A stretch of 55,057 nt of DNA from Piromyces finnis finn (Eukaryota; Fungi; Neocallimastigomycota), in NCBI GenBank assembly GCA_002104945.1, contig MCFH01000104.1, positions 1 through 55,057 on the forward strand, written 5' to 3'. The notes under the pieces are model-generated. The model was not told the origin of the DNA and did not search any database. It worked only from the letters and a program-made list of their open reading frames with translations. The position numbers and the translations under genes were made by a program. Positions 11,901 through 21,760 of this stretch are shown here, one piece after another; the first letter of the stretch is position 1, and each line of letters opens with the position of its first letter.

Positions 11901-13925
11901 GATGCTAAGATGGCTGCTCAATGTCCAGATGCTTGTCAAGAAGCTGAAGAAAAACCAGTACAAGAAGCTGTTGCTTGTCCATTATGTCTTCACTGTATGA
12001 AATGTGATGCCAAGATGGCTGCTCAATGCCCAGATGCTTGCCAAGAAGAAGAAGAACCAGAACAAGAAGCTGTTCCTTGTCCAGCATGCCTTCATTGTAT
12101 GAAGTGTGAACCAAACTCTGAAATGGCTATCAACTGTCCAGATGCTTGTCAAGAAGAAGAACCAGTACAAGAAGCTGTTGCTTGTCCAAGATGTTACAAG
12201 TGCATGAAGTGTGATGCTAAGATGGCTGCTCAATGTCCAGATGCTTGTCAAGAAGAAGAACCAGTACAAGAAGCTGTTGCTTGCCCATTATGTCTTCACT
12301 GTATGGAATGTGATGCCAAGATGGCTGCTCAATGTCCAGATGCTTGTCAAGAAACTAAAGAACCAGAACAAGAAGCTGTTGCTTGTCCAAGATGTTACAA
12401 GTGCATGAAGTGTGATGCTAAGATGGCTGCTCAATGCCCAGATGCTTGTCAAGAAGAAGAACCAGTACAAGAAGCTGTTGCTTGTCCATTATGTCTTCAT
12501 TGTATGAAGTGTGATGCCAAGATGGCTGCTCAATGTCCAGATGCTTGCCAAGAAGAAGAACCAGAACAAGAAGCTGTTTCTTGTCCAGCATGCCTTCATT
12601 GTATGAAGTGTGAACCAAACTCCGAAATGGCTATCCACTGTCCAGATGCTTGTCAAGAAGCTGAAGAAGAACCAGTACAAGAAGCTGTTGCTTGTCCATT
12701 ATGTCTTCACTGTATGAAATGTGATGCCAAGATGGCTGCTCAATGCCCAGATGCTTGTCAAGAAGAAGAAGAACCAGAACAAGAAGCTGTTCCTTGTCCA
12801 GCATGCCTTCATTGTATGAAGTGTGAACCAAACTCCGAAATGGCTATCCACTGTCCAGATGCTTGTCAAGAAGAAGAACCAGTACAAGAAGCTGTTGCTT
12901 GCCCATTATGTCTTCACTGTATGGAATGTGATGCCAAGATGGCTGCTCAATGCCCAGATGCTTGTCAAGAAACTAAAGAACCAGAACAAGAAGCTGTTGC
13001 TTGTCCAAGATGTTACAAGTGCATGAAGTGTGATGCTAAGATGGCTGCTCAATGCCCAGATGCTTGCCAAGAAGAAGAAGAACCAGTACAAGAAGCTGTT
13101 GCTTGTCCATTATGTCTTCACTGTATGGAATGTGATGCCAAGATGGCTGCTCAATGCCCAGATGCTTGTCAAGAAACTAAAGAACCAGAACAAGAAGCTG
13201 TTGCTTGTCCATTATGTCTTCACTGTATGAAATGTGATGCCAAGATGGCTGCTCAATGCCCAGATGCTTGCCAAGAAGAAGAAGAACCAGTACAAGAAGC
13301 TGTTGCTTGTCCATTATGTCTTCACTGTATGGAATGTGATGCCAAGATGGCTGCTCAATGCCCAGATGCTTGTCAAGAAACTAAAGAACCAGAACAAGAA
13401 GCTGTTGCTTGTCCAAGATGTTACAAGTGCATGAAGTGTGATGCTAAGATGGCTGCTCAATGCCCAGATGCTTGCCAAGAAGAAGAAGAACCAGTACAAG
13501 AAGCTGTTGCTTGTCCATTATGTCTTCACTGTATGGAATGTGATGCCAAGATGGCTGCTCAATGTCCAGATGCTTGCCAAGAAGAAGAACCAGAACAAGA
13601 AGCTGTTGCTTGTCCAAGATGTTACAAGTGCATGAAGTGTGATGCTAAGATGGCTGCTCAATGCCCAGATGCTTGCCAAGAAGAACAAGAAGAACAAATA
13701 GCTTGTCCAAAGTGCTACCACTGTCTTGATTGTGATGCTAAGATGGCTGCTCAATGCCCAGATGCATGCAAACTTAAGAAAACAACAACTATTAAGATCA
13801 AACCAGCCATTAGAACTACTACTATTACCAAAAAAGTTTTATGTCCACTCTGTATCGAATGTATAGATTGTAGAAATAACTCAAACATGGCTAAGAACTG
13901 TAAAAGTGCTTGCAGAAAATTCTAA
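8997..13925 (+). CDS. Secreted protein: signal peptide, 2x CBM18 (hevein-like chitin-binding) domains and 42 tandem six-Cys modules
   Basis: Intronless 1642-aa ORF. Hydrophobic N-terminus MKFSKIALLAISILNVDISLA. Two 8-Cys hevein-pattern domains (CG...C...CCSxxGxCG...CGxGCQxxxGxC). Repeats such as CPRCYKCMKCDAKMAAQCPDAC follow. No C-terminal TM or GPI-like tail (ends ...CKSACRKF). Codon usage resembles the highly expressed SAM synthetase gene. Confidence 0.9.
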   Translation: MKFSKIALLAISILNVDISLAARCGKDNGLSCPSGYCCSKDGQCGKNETFCGVGCQPNYGLCNALLMTKKPKAIATKAPVTIKPTVKPISNDGTCGPNNGNKVCSNDECCSKFGYCGKGEVYCGSGCQSEFGKCKTETTKQVSNGACPRCYKCMKCDAKMARQCPDACKETEEKKPEEEQIACPRCYKCMKCDAKMARQCPDACKETEEKKPEEEQIACPRCYKCMKCDAKMARQCPDACKETEEKKPEEEQIACPRCYKCMKCDAKMAAQCPDACKETEEKKPEEEQIACPRCYKCMKCDAKMAAQCPDACKETEEKKPEEEQIACPRCYKCMKCDAKMAAQCPDACKETEEKKPEEEQIACPRCYKCMKCDAKMAAQCPDACKETEEKKPEEEQIACPRCYKCMKCDAKMARQCPDACKETEEKKPEEEQIACPRCYKCMKCDAKMAAQCPDACKETEEKKPEEEQIACPACLHCMKCEPNSEMAIHCPDACQEAEEEQEEEQIACPRCYKCMKCDAKMARQCPDACKETEEKKPEEEQIACPRCYKCMKCDAKMAAQCPDACKETEEKKPEEEQIACPACLHCMKCEPNSEMAIHCPDACQEAEEEQEEEQIACPRCYKCMKCDAKMARQCPDACKETGKKNEKSEKKDEKKDEKSEKKIEKNNEKTEKKNEKKKEKREFFGCPRCFKCMKCDAKMALQCPDACQDEQEQIACPRCYKCMKCDAKMAAQCPDACQETKEPEQEAVACPRCYKCMKCDAKMAAQCPDACQDAEEKIEKRGIFGCPRCYKCMKCDAKMAAQCPDACQDEQEQIACPRCYKCMKCDAKMAAQCPDACQETKEPVQEAVACPLCLHCMECDAKMAAQCPDACQETKEPKQEAVACPRCYKCMKCDAKMAAQCPDACQDVEGKIEKRGLFDLFACPRCYKCMKCDAKMARQCPDACQDAEEKKPEQEAVACPRCYKCMKCDAKMAAQCPDACQEAEEKPVQEAVACPLCLHCMKCDAKMAAQCPDACQEEEEPEQEAVPCPACLHCMKCEPNSEMAINCPDACQEEEPVQEAVACPRCYKCMKCDAKMAAQCPDACQEEEPVQEAVACPLCLHCMECDAKMAAQCPDACQETKEPEQEAVACPRCYKCMKCDAKMAAQCPDACQEEEPVQEAVACPLCLHCMKCDAKMAAQCPDACQEEEPEQEAVSCPACLHCMKCEPNSEMAIHCPDACQEAEEEPVQEAVACPLCLHCMKCDAKMAAQCPDACQEEEEPEQEAVPCPACLHCMKCEPNSEMAIHCPDACQEEEPVQEAVACPLCLHCMECDAKMAAQCPDACQETKEPEQEAVACPRCYKCMKCDAKMAAQCPDACQEEEEPVQEAVACPLCLHCMECDAKMAAQCPDACQETKEPEQEAVACPLCLHCMKCDAKMAAQCPDACQEEEEPVQEAVACPLCLHCMECDAKMAAQCPDACQETKEPEQEAVACPRCYKCMKCDAKMAAQCPDACQEEEEPVQEAVACPLCLHCMECDAKMAAQCPDACQEEEPEQEAVACPRCYKCMKCDAKMAAQCPDACQEEQEEQIACPKCYHCLDCDAKMAAQCPDACKLKKTTTIKIKPAIRTTTITKKVLCPLCIECIDCRNNSNMAKNCKSACRKF
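9435..13913 (+). repeat. Coding tandem array of 42 Cys-rich modules; 108-bp period in the 5' block, variable spacers in the 3' block
   Basis: Modules 1-10 start every 108 bp from 9435. Head variants are CPRCYKCMKC, CPLCLHCM(E/K)C and CPACLHCMKC; tail variants are DAKMA(A/R/L)QCPDAC and EPNSEMAI(H/N)CPDAC. Confidence 0.95.
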
Positions 13926-14330
13926 GAAATTTAAAAGTTATAAATTTAGAATTTAATATCTTAAATATTAAATTTTATTAAATATAGAATAAGTGATAAT
14001 ATAACTTTATTTTTAATTATTGATTTTATATAAAAAAAGTTTTACAATAATTAAAACATTAAAAAATAAAAAAAAAAAAAGAAATAAAAACTAAAAAAAA
14101 AAAAATTAAAAAGAAATATAAATAATATTTAAAAGTAATTATAAATATAAATAATAAGAAATATAAATAATATTTAAAAGTAATTATAAATATAAATAAT
14201 AAACATAAATAATAAATATAAAATAAATATTAAATTATTTGTAATATATGAATTTTTTTTTTTTTTTTTTTTTTAATTTTTTATATTAAAAGAAATATTA
14301 GTATTAATTAACGTGTATCTCTGTAAATCA

Positions 14331-15368
14331 ATTATGTTATGAATACCCAGAGTTTGCCTATGGCTTCTACTGGGTATTGAAAGCAAGAAGCGGATATAAG
14401 TTGGATGCTAGAGTTGCCAAAGCTGCTAAATTTGTTGATCCAGTTTGTCCTAACTACTGTCCATGCTGCAAGTGTGGTGTTCAAAGTATTAAACATTGGT
14501 TATTAGATTGTCCAACATTTAGAGATATCCGTATTAAACATTATGATTCTATAGTCCATCTATTAAATTTTTTCAGTCAACGTATTTCCAATAGTCCTAT
14601 CAATAATAATGAAATTGATAATGTCAGCAGAGATAGCAATAACAGTAATAGTAATAGTAACAATAGTAATAATAACAATAGTAATAATAACAATAGTAGT
14701 AATAGAAATAATAATATTAGTAATGATAGCAATAGTGATGATAATAATTCTAATTTAGATAGTAATTTAGTTAATGATAGTAATAGTTCTAATAATCCGG
14801 TGAATATTAATGTGTATGATTATTCTAGTGTGTGCAGTAAAATATTTAAATTCCTTCTTGGGGGAAGAAGTTTTAACAATATTAATTACAATTCAAGGGA
14901 ATGGAAAGAACTTTGTAAGCGTCAGATTCAATCTGGTACTAACGAAGAAACACCATTCTTGACGGTAACCGCGGAACTTCTAACCAAAATCATGCCTTTT
15001 GCTATTGGCCAGCAATGGTCAATGTTCAAAAGGTTTGAAGCAACATCCAAGAGCGTCAATGTTGAAGAAACAGTAAGACAGGCCAGGAGGGCCAGCGCAA
15101 CCAATGGAGATCATAATTTTGTTCCATGACAAAATTTTGATCTTTGGCTCGGTGTCCCATTGGAAGTCAAATACAAATATTATACTTTAGTATGATAGTG
15201 GCTTTCTTACTTTAATTAAAATTACTAGAATACATTATACCCAATTTTTATTCATTTGTGTTTATTTAAACATATTTTTTTTTATTTTTATTTTTATTTT
15301 TAATTTTTTTTATTACATGTATTATAATTTTAATTAAATTAATAATAAAGTTTAAAATATTTGATGCC

Positions 15369-15410
<42 letters not shown>
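14331..15410 (+). mobile_element. 5'-truncated copy of LINE family A (zinc knuckle, C-terminus, 3' UTR, poly(A))
   Basis: Near-identical to the reverse complement of about 43094-44197. ORF 14377-15129 matches the C-terminus of the full element. Poly(A) of 39 nt at 15372-15410. Probable short TSD aaatca at 14325-14330 and 15408-15413. Confidence 0.92.
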
Positions 15411-15413
<3 letters not shown>

Positions 15414-15414
<1 letters not shown>

Positions 15415-15760
15415 TTCTAATTTCTAATGGTCATTGCTTATCAAAATCATACCTTATATTATTAATCAATTAATAGGCATTGCTGAAGAATCGATAAAAC
15501 AGGGTTGAGCCAGTGCAATCAATACCGATTATAATTTTGTCTTTTAGTTTAATTTGATCTTGTTCTTTAGTTTTATTGAAATCTAAATCATGATCTTGTC
15601 CTTTAGTTTTATTGAAAGCTAAATCATAATTTTTGTTAAATCAAAGAAAGTTTAAAGAGGTATATTTGAAGAATTCATTAATATGGATCCTGTCTTCAAA
15701 CCATCCTAATATTTTTTTTACAGTCTTATTGACGAAATCACATCTAATAAAACAAAATAT
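15414..15760 (-). pseudogene. Possible decayed coding fragment with a vWA-like DxTGS motif
   Basis: The minus frame reads ...DLAFNKTKGQDHDLDFNKTKEQDQIKLKDKIIIGIDCTGSTLF... with in-frame stops. IIIGIDCTGS resembles a vWA MIDAS strand. Confidence 0.2.
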
Positions 15761-16647
15761 TAATCTAGAAAAGATGCATATTATTTTGGAGGCCCGACTT
15801 GGGGGTCCAAAATGCATCTTTATAATTATATATTGATATTACGGGATCCTAAATCGTTTTATATTTAATATGTTAAAATAATATAGCATAAATGCCATTT
15901 AATATATATATATTTTCGGTATGTATTGAAATTCCTTCTTTTTTTTATTTTTTTTATTTTTTCTAAATTAAATCTTATTAATTTAATATTTTTTACAATT
16001 TGTCCAAACAACTATAAAATATAAAAATTATGTAATTTTTTTTTTTTTTTTTTGATATTTGAGAATATGTTTATTTTGTTAATAGAAGGAATTTTAATTT
16101 ATTAAAGAAATAATTGTGTGGAAAATATATTTAATATTGGCTTTTTTCTTTTTCTTTTTTTCCTTTTTTTAAATTCTCTACATCTCATCATCTATATTTT
16201 TAATTTACTTTCTTAATGTTTTTTGTAAAAAACCTTATATATATATATTCTATATAATTAAAGTTTATGAAATACACTATTTTTTAAATAATTAATACTA
16301 ATAAAGTTTATTTAATATTTGTCATCTGTCTATCCATGTATATATTTATATATAAATTTTTTTAATTTGATATTTTAAGTTTTACAAAAAAAAGATTAAT
16401 AGAACACATTTTAATATATGATTAAAAGAAAATCTTTTAAGTTTTTATTTTAATTTATCTCTCTTTTTTCATAAAGAAAATTTATAATTTTTAAAGATGT
16501 ATTTTAAATTCTTTTTATACCATATTAATATATAAAATATAACAATAATTAGTTAAAACAATCATTTTTAATATAATAAAATATAACAATAATTAGTTAA
16601 AACAATCATTTTTAATATAATACTACTACTACTACTACTACTACTAC

Positions 16648-16701
<54 letters not shown>

Positions 16702-16830
16702 TGTTTTTAAGCAATATAATAATTAAAACATGATAAATTGATATATATAAATACATGTATATATATAGAAGAAAAAACGTCATTTACAAAAATATTCAGA
16801 AAAAGGTTCAAAAAATAAAATAATAATAAT

Positions 16831-19800
16831 ATGCTATTTAACAGAAAAAAAAAAATAATTCCGGTTCCGGAACAACCTTCAGAGAGTCCATATAACAGTG
16901 CATCTTTCTTTTCAAAAATAACATATTCTTGGGAAAATAAATTATTTAGAATTGGTTACAATAGACCTTTACAACCTAACGATATCTATCTTTTACCATA
17001 TCAATTTAAAGAAGAAAATAATGAAAAAAAGTTTTATCATTATTGGAACGAACAAAAAAATATACAGGGAATACCAAGAAGTATATTTAAATGTATGTGG
17101 AAAATATATGGCAATAGTTTTATAATTGCTGGTATTTTAAAACTTATATCTGATATTTCCAGTTTAGTTACACCTATTTTTCTAGAATTATTATTAAATT
17201 TTCTGGAAGATTTTCAAAATGAAAGTTCAATAACGCAGTTACCAATCGAGAATTCTTCAACTATTTCATCTAAATCATGGCAGGAAATATTAAACCCTTA
17301 CATGGGATGGATTTATATTAGTTTAATTTTTATATGTCAATTAATTTATACATTGTGTGGAAATTATTTTTCTAGTATGGTTTTAGACATTGGTCTTTCA
17401 ATATATTCTACCATCAATGGAATTATCTACAATAAAACTCTTCGCCTTACAAATAAGGAAATGCAAAGCATTGGAGGTGGTAAAATTGTAAATATTATGT
17501 CCACTGATTCTTATCGTATATGGCAGCTCTCAGTCTACGGTCATTATATATGGAGTAGCCCTCTTCAACTTTTTATAATTCAGGCCTTATTAATACGATC
17601 TCTTGGTATTTGGTCATTTATTGGTTTATCTATATTTCTTTTTATTATTCCAATTCAATTGCTTGTGATGAAAATATTAATTTCTCTTCGAAAAAAAACA
17701 GCAAATTTAACCGATGAACGTGTTAAGAAAACACAAGAGGTAATTGGTAATATTCGTATCATTAAATATTTTGGTTGGGAAAAAATATTTCAAAGTATTA
17801 TCTTTAAACTTAGAGACAAGGAATTAAAACTTACAAAATATAGCATTATTACCAATTCAATAACTACAGCAGTTTTTAATGTAATTCCTTTTTTTGCTAG
17901 TGCTCTTACTTTTATTGCTTATTCTGCAAATGGTAATATTCTCACAGCTGCAAAAGTTTTTTCTTGTCATGCTTTATTTAATAAGCTTTGTAATCCACTT
18001 ACAAGTCTCTCTACTACATTTAATCAATTTACCAATGGTATTATTGGTTTGAAACGAGCCTCTTACATTATGAACGGTAAAGAGCTTGATAATTTAACAG
18101 AAATAAATCCTATGGCTGAGTTTGGCGTTTCTATTAGGAATGGAAATTTTAATTGGGAAGCCGGAAGACCAGAAGATATTCTTGAAAAAAGTAATAGAGA
18201 AAAAAAACTTAGGCATACGAATAACAAATTGAAAAAAAGACATCAGGAAGAAGAGAAACAAAGTGCATTAAAAATTGAAATGTCAAAGAGACGTCGTTAT
18301 AGTCAAGTTGAATCTCTTTGCAAAGATAATACTGATATCGTTGCGGATAGCAATAATTTAAATGGTGCTATTGCAACAGATGATATGCTTGATCAATCAA
18401 ATAATAATGATAATAATGGATTTTTTGAAAATGTATTAAAATCATTAAATTCTTTTTGTCTTCAAGATATTAATCTTTGTATAAAGAAAGGCTCCTTAAC
18501 AGCTATTGTTGGTGGTGTTGGTAGTGGAAAATCTTCATTAATTAATGCAATAATTGGTGAAATGAAGCAAGAATCAGGTCGTGTTATTATTGGTGGTTCC
18601 TATAGTTATTGTTCACAGAAAGCATGGATTCGTAATGCAAATATTCGTGACAATATTATATTAGGTAAACCGTTTGATAAGACTCGTTACGATGCAGCAG
18701 TTAAATGTTGTGCATTACGTAAAGACTTCCGAATTCTTTCTAATGGAGATATGACTGAATTAGTTGAAGGAGGTGCTAATCTTTCTGGTGGTCAAAAACA
18801 ACGTATTAATTTAGCAAGAGCAGTTTATGATAACAGTGATATTGTTTTTATGGATGATCCATTATCTGCAGTGGATGCCCATGTTAGTCGTTTTCTTTTT
18901 GATAAATGTATAAACGGTGCTCTAGCTAAAAAAACAAGAATCCTTGTCACACATCAACTTCATCTTCTCTCAAAAGTGGACTATATTGTTGTTATGAAGA
19001 ATGGTCGTATTGAGGAACAAGGACAATATAAGGAGCTTTTAATTAAAAATGGTGAACTAGCTCGATTATTGAAAGTCTCGGGTGATAATGAAAGCGAAAC
19101 TAAAGAAAATTACGAAGAATCGTTGGATATTTCAACTATTTCAGATAGTGATATTACCAAATGTGAATTTGATAGTAGTGAAAGTATTGCTAGTAGTATA
19201 AGTGAGGAAGATAATAAGAAGCCTGTTCAAGGTATTATTTCTCAAGAAGAAAGACCTACTGGATCAATAAAAACTAAAGTATATAATAACTATATTAAAG
19301 CCAGTGGTGGATATATTGTATGTATATTCATATTATTATTAGTTGGATTGACTCAAATAATAAAATTAGGTAGTGATACTTGGTTAGTGTATTGGACAGA
19401 GGATACTTTAGGTATGAAGACAAATGATTACATTCTTATTTATTTATTTTGGAATCTTGGTCAAACAATTGTAATTTTTATCTACTATGTTGTTATGGCA
19501 AATGTAGGCATTAAGGCTTCTAAGAGGGTACATAACAATGCAATTGATAGAGTACTGAAAGCACCCATCTTTTTCTTTGATTCTAATCCATTAGGCCGTA
19601 TTATAAATCGGTTTTCCATGGATCAAGACTCACTAGATAATAATTTATTTCCTACTTTACAAGTATTTTTAACTGGTTTTGGCTCTACTTTTTCTACTTT
19701 AGCTTTAATGCTCTATGCCTCCCCTATTTTAGGTGTAGCCGTGGTTCCCTTGCTTATTATTTATTACTTTATTCAACTATTGTATCGTCATACCAATCGT

Positions 19801-21054
19801 GAATTAAAGCGTCTTGATGCTTTGAAGAGATCACCCATTTACAATCACCTGTCTGAAACAATTAATGGTTTATCTACTATTCGTTCTTACCATGAACAAG
19901 AACATTTAATCAAACATAATCAATATTTAATTAATGAAAATAATCGTCCCACTCACCTTATACTAACTGCCGAGAGATGGATGAAAGTTCGTTTAGAATT
20001 AATTGGATCATTTTTAGTCTTACTTAATGGTTGTGCTGGGATGCTTTTAAAGGATTCTCTTTCTATATCTTTATTAGGTTTAAGTTTATCATATGCTATT
20101 CAATTAACATCTAATCTTAACACTTCCGTTCGTAATCTCTGTAAAACGGAAGTATATATGAATTCAGCCGAACGTCTTCTTCATTATGCTGAAGAAATAA
20201 AAATAGAAAAACAGGATGGTAAGGATGCACCACTAGGTTGGCCAACTCATGGGAAAGTTGAAATCAAAAATTTAACTATGAGTTATGCACCATTCCTACC
20301 ACCAACTATTCGTAATGTTTCTTTAAATATTAATTCTCATGAAAAAATTGGTATAGTTGGTCGAACAGGTGCTGGTAAATCTAGTATTATTATGAATCTT
20401 TTCCGAATGGTAGAACCTGAATTAGGTTCATTCGTTGCTATTGATGATATATCCATTCTTGATATGAAACTATCTAATCTTCGAAAAAATATTTCAATTA
20501 TTCCACAAGAACCTGTTCTCTTCTCTGGTACTATTCGTTTCAATATGGACCCACTTAATGAGCATACAGATAATGAAATTTGGAATGCATTAGAAAATTC
20601 TGGTGTGAAGGAATTAGTTATGAATATGGAAAATAAACTAGAAGCAGAGGTTTTATGTCATGGAGAAAATTTTAGTGTAGGTCAACGACAATTATTATGT
20701 TTAGCACGTGCAATGATTCGCAATAGTCATGTTATTATTTTGGACGAAGCTACTGCTTCATGTGATATTGAAACGGATTCTATTATTCAGAAAGCACTTC
20801 GTAATCATTTTAATGAATCAACAATAATAACAGTTGCACATCGTCTTAATACAATTATTGATTATGATAGAATTTTAGTGCTGGATAAAGGGGAGTTAAT
20901 TGAATATGATTCACCAAAAAATTTACTTTTTAAGTATAATTCAAATCAAGAATTAACTCCAATTCATAATACTGAATTTTCTAAATTAGTTGATGAAACT
21001 GGTGTAAGCAATTCTGAATTATTGAGACAAATGGCACTCTATAAAAAAATATAA
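16831..21054 (+). CDS. ABCC/MRP-family ABC transporter (YOR1/YCF1-like, no TMD0), intronless, canonical NBDs
   Basis: 1407 aa, TMD-NBD-TMD-NBD. NBD1: GGVGSGKSS, LSGGQKQR, VFMDD, VTHQL. NBD2: GRTGAGKSS, FSVGQRQ, IILDEAT, VAHRL. Also the N-terminal SFFSKITYSW and TMD2 GRIINRFSMD motifs typical of ABCC. Confidence 0.95.
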   Translation: MLFNRKKKIIPVPEQPSESPYNSASFFSKITYSWENKLFRIGYNRPLQPNDIYLLPYQFKEENNEKKFYHYWNEQKNIQGIPRSIFKCMWKIYGNSFIIAGILKLISDISSLVTPIFLELLLNFLEDFQNESSITQLPIENSSTISSKSWQEILNPYMGWIYISLIFICQLIYTLCGNYFSSMVLDIGLSIYSTINGIIYNKTLRLTNKEMQSIGGGKIVNIMSTDSYRIWQLSVYGHYIWSSPLQLFIIQALLIRSLGIWSFIGLSIFLFIIPIQLLVMKILISLRKKTANLTDERVKKTQEVIGNIRIIKYFGWEKIFQSIIFKLRDKELKLTKYSIITNSITTAVFNVIPFFASALTFIAYSANGNILTAAKVFSCHALFNKLCNPLTSLSTTFNQFTNGIIGLKRASYIMNGKELDNLTEINPMAEFGVSIRNGNFNWEAGRPEDILEKSNREKKLRHTNNKLKKRHQEEEKQSALKIEMSKRRRYSQVESLCKDNTDIVADSNNLNGAIATDDMLDQSNNNDNNGFFENVLKSLNSFCLQDINLCIKKGSLTAIVGGVGSGKSSLINAIIGEMKQESGRVIIGGSYSYCSQKAWIRNANIRDNIILGKPFDKTRYDAAVKCCALRKDFRILSNGDMTELVEGGANLSGGQKQRINLARAVYDNSDIVFMDDPLSAVDAHVSRFLFDKCINGALAKKTRILVTHQLHLLSKVDYIVVMKNGRIEEQGQYKELLIKNGELARLLKVSGDNESETKENYEESLDISTISDSDITKCEFDSSESIASSISEEDNKKPVQGIISQEERPTGSIKTKVYNNYIKASGGYIVCIFILLLVGLTQIIKLGSDTWLVYWTEDTLGMKTNDYILIYLFWNLGQTIVIFIYYVVMANVGIKASKRVHNNAIDRVLKAPIFFFDSNPLGRIINRFSMDQDSLDNNLFPTLQVFLTGFGSTFSTLALMLYASPILGVAVVPLLIIYYFIQLLYRHTNRELKRLDALKRSPIYNHLSETINGLSTIRSYHEQEHLIKHNQYLINENNRPTHLILTAERWMKVRLELIGSFLVLLNGCAGMLLKDSLSISLLGLSLSYAIQLTSNLNTSVRNLCKTEVYMNSAERLLHYAEEIKIEKQDGKDAPLGWPTHGKVEIKNLTMSYAPFLPPTIRNVSLNINSHEKIGIVGRTGAGKSSIIMNLFRMVEPELGSFVAIDDISILDMKLSNLRKNISIIPQEPVLFSGTIRFNMDPLNEHTDNEIWNALENSGVKELVMNMENKLEAEVLCHGENFSVGQRQLLCLARAMIRNSHVIILDEATASCDIETDSIIQKALRNHFNESTIITVAHRLNTIIDYDRILVLDKGELIEYDSPKNLLFKYNSNQELTPIHNTEFSKLVDETGVSNSELLRQMALYKKI

Positions 21055-21760
21055 AAATAAAAAACATGAAAAAGCTATGATAAAATTACATAAATATGAA
21101 AGTTATAAGGTTTAATGAATAAATTTGACAAACTAAATTAATAATATATATTACATTTTTTTTTATTTTTATATACATTAGAAGTAACAAAATATATCTT
21201 AATGAAATTTACTAAAACCTCCTTTTTATAATAATAATCTATTATAGTTAATTTTTATATATATTTAGGCATTATTTATGTATTATTATAATAAAATTGT
21301 AAATAAATGATGTATAAAATAAAATTATATATATATATAAACAAGCATTTATGTAAAATTTCGTTTTTTCTTTAAGCTTCAATGTAATAAAAAATATTGC
21401 ATAAATTTAAGTATTTTTTTTTTTTTTTTCATAAATGATAATTTTTAAATATCATTTATGAAAAAAAAAAAAGTCTTCAAAAAATTTCAATAAATTTATT
21501 TCTATAATATGTCAATTTCAATATATGTTATATAAATCCGATTTAGAAAGTTCTAATTTATCATATAAAGATTTATATATATAAATCCTTATATATATAT
21601 ACATATAAAAGCTGACATTAATTCATTATATCATTTATCATTTATTATCTTTTATACCTTAAAAATATTTTTTTTTATTTTTTTAATTTTCATTTGTTTA
21701 ACTTTATAAAAGTATAATTAAATTAAGTTATTTTATTATTATTATAAAGATATATATATT

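Noticed and set aside
9423-13754. 702-aa antisense ORF and many short alternative-frame ORFs over the Cys array
   Set aside because: Shadow frames produced by the repeated unit lacking stops; the peptides mirror the sense codons and have no independent signal.
9435-13913. CRISPR-like appearance (conserved repeat plus variable spacer)
   Set aside because: The repeats are 66-72-bp in-frame protein modules, the spacers are themselves repeated and frame-preserving, there are no cas genes, and the context is eukaryotic.
9435-13913. Polyferredoxin or radical-SAM annotation
   Set aside because: The spacing is CxxCxxCxxC, not CxxCxxCxxxCP or CxxxCxxC, and the protein has a signal peptide. Metal binding is kept only as a hypothesis.
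15765-15819. Helitron 3' end (hairpin plus CTAG on the minus strand)
   Set aside because: The spacing to CTAG is only about 4 nt, the next base is A rather than T, and no 5' TC end or Rep/helicase remnant is seen.
16568-16783. Poly-Tyr/poly-Ser ORF
   Set aside because: Translation of a (TAC)n(TAA)n microsatellite upstream of the ABCC gene.
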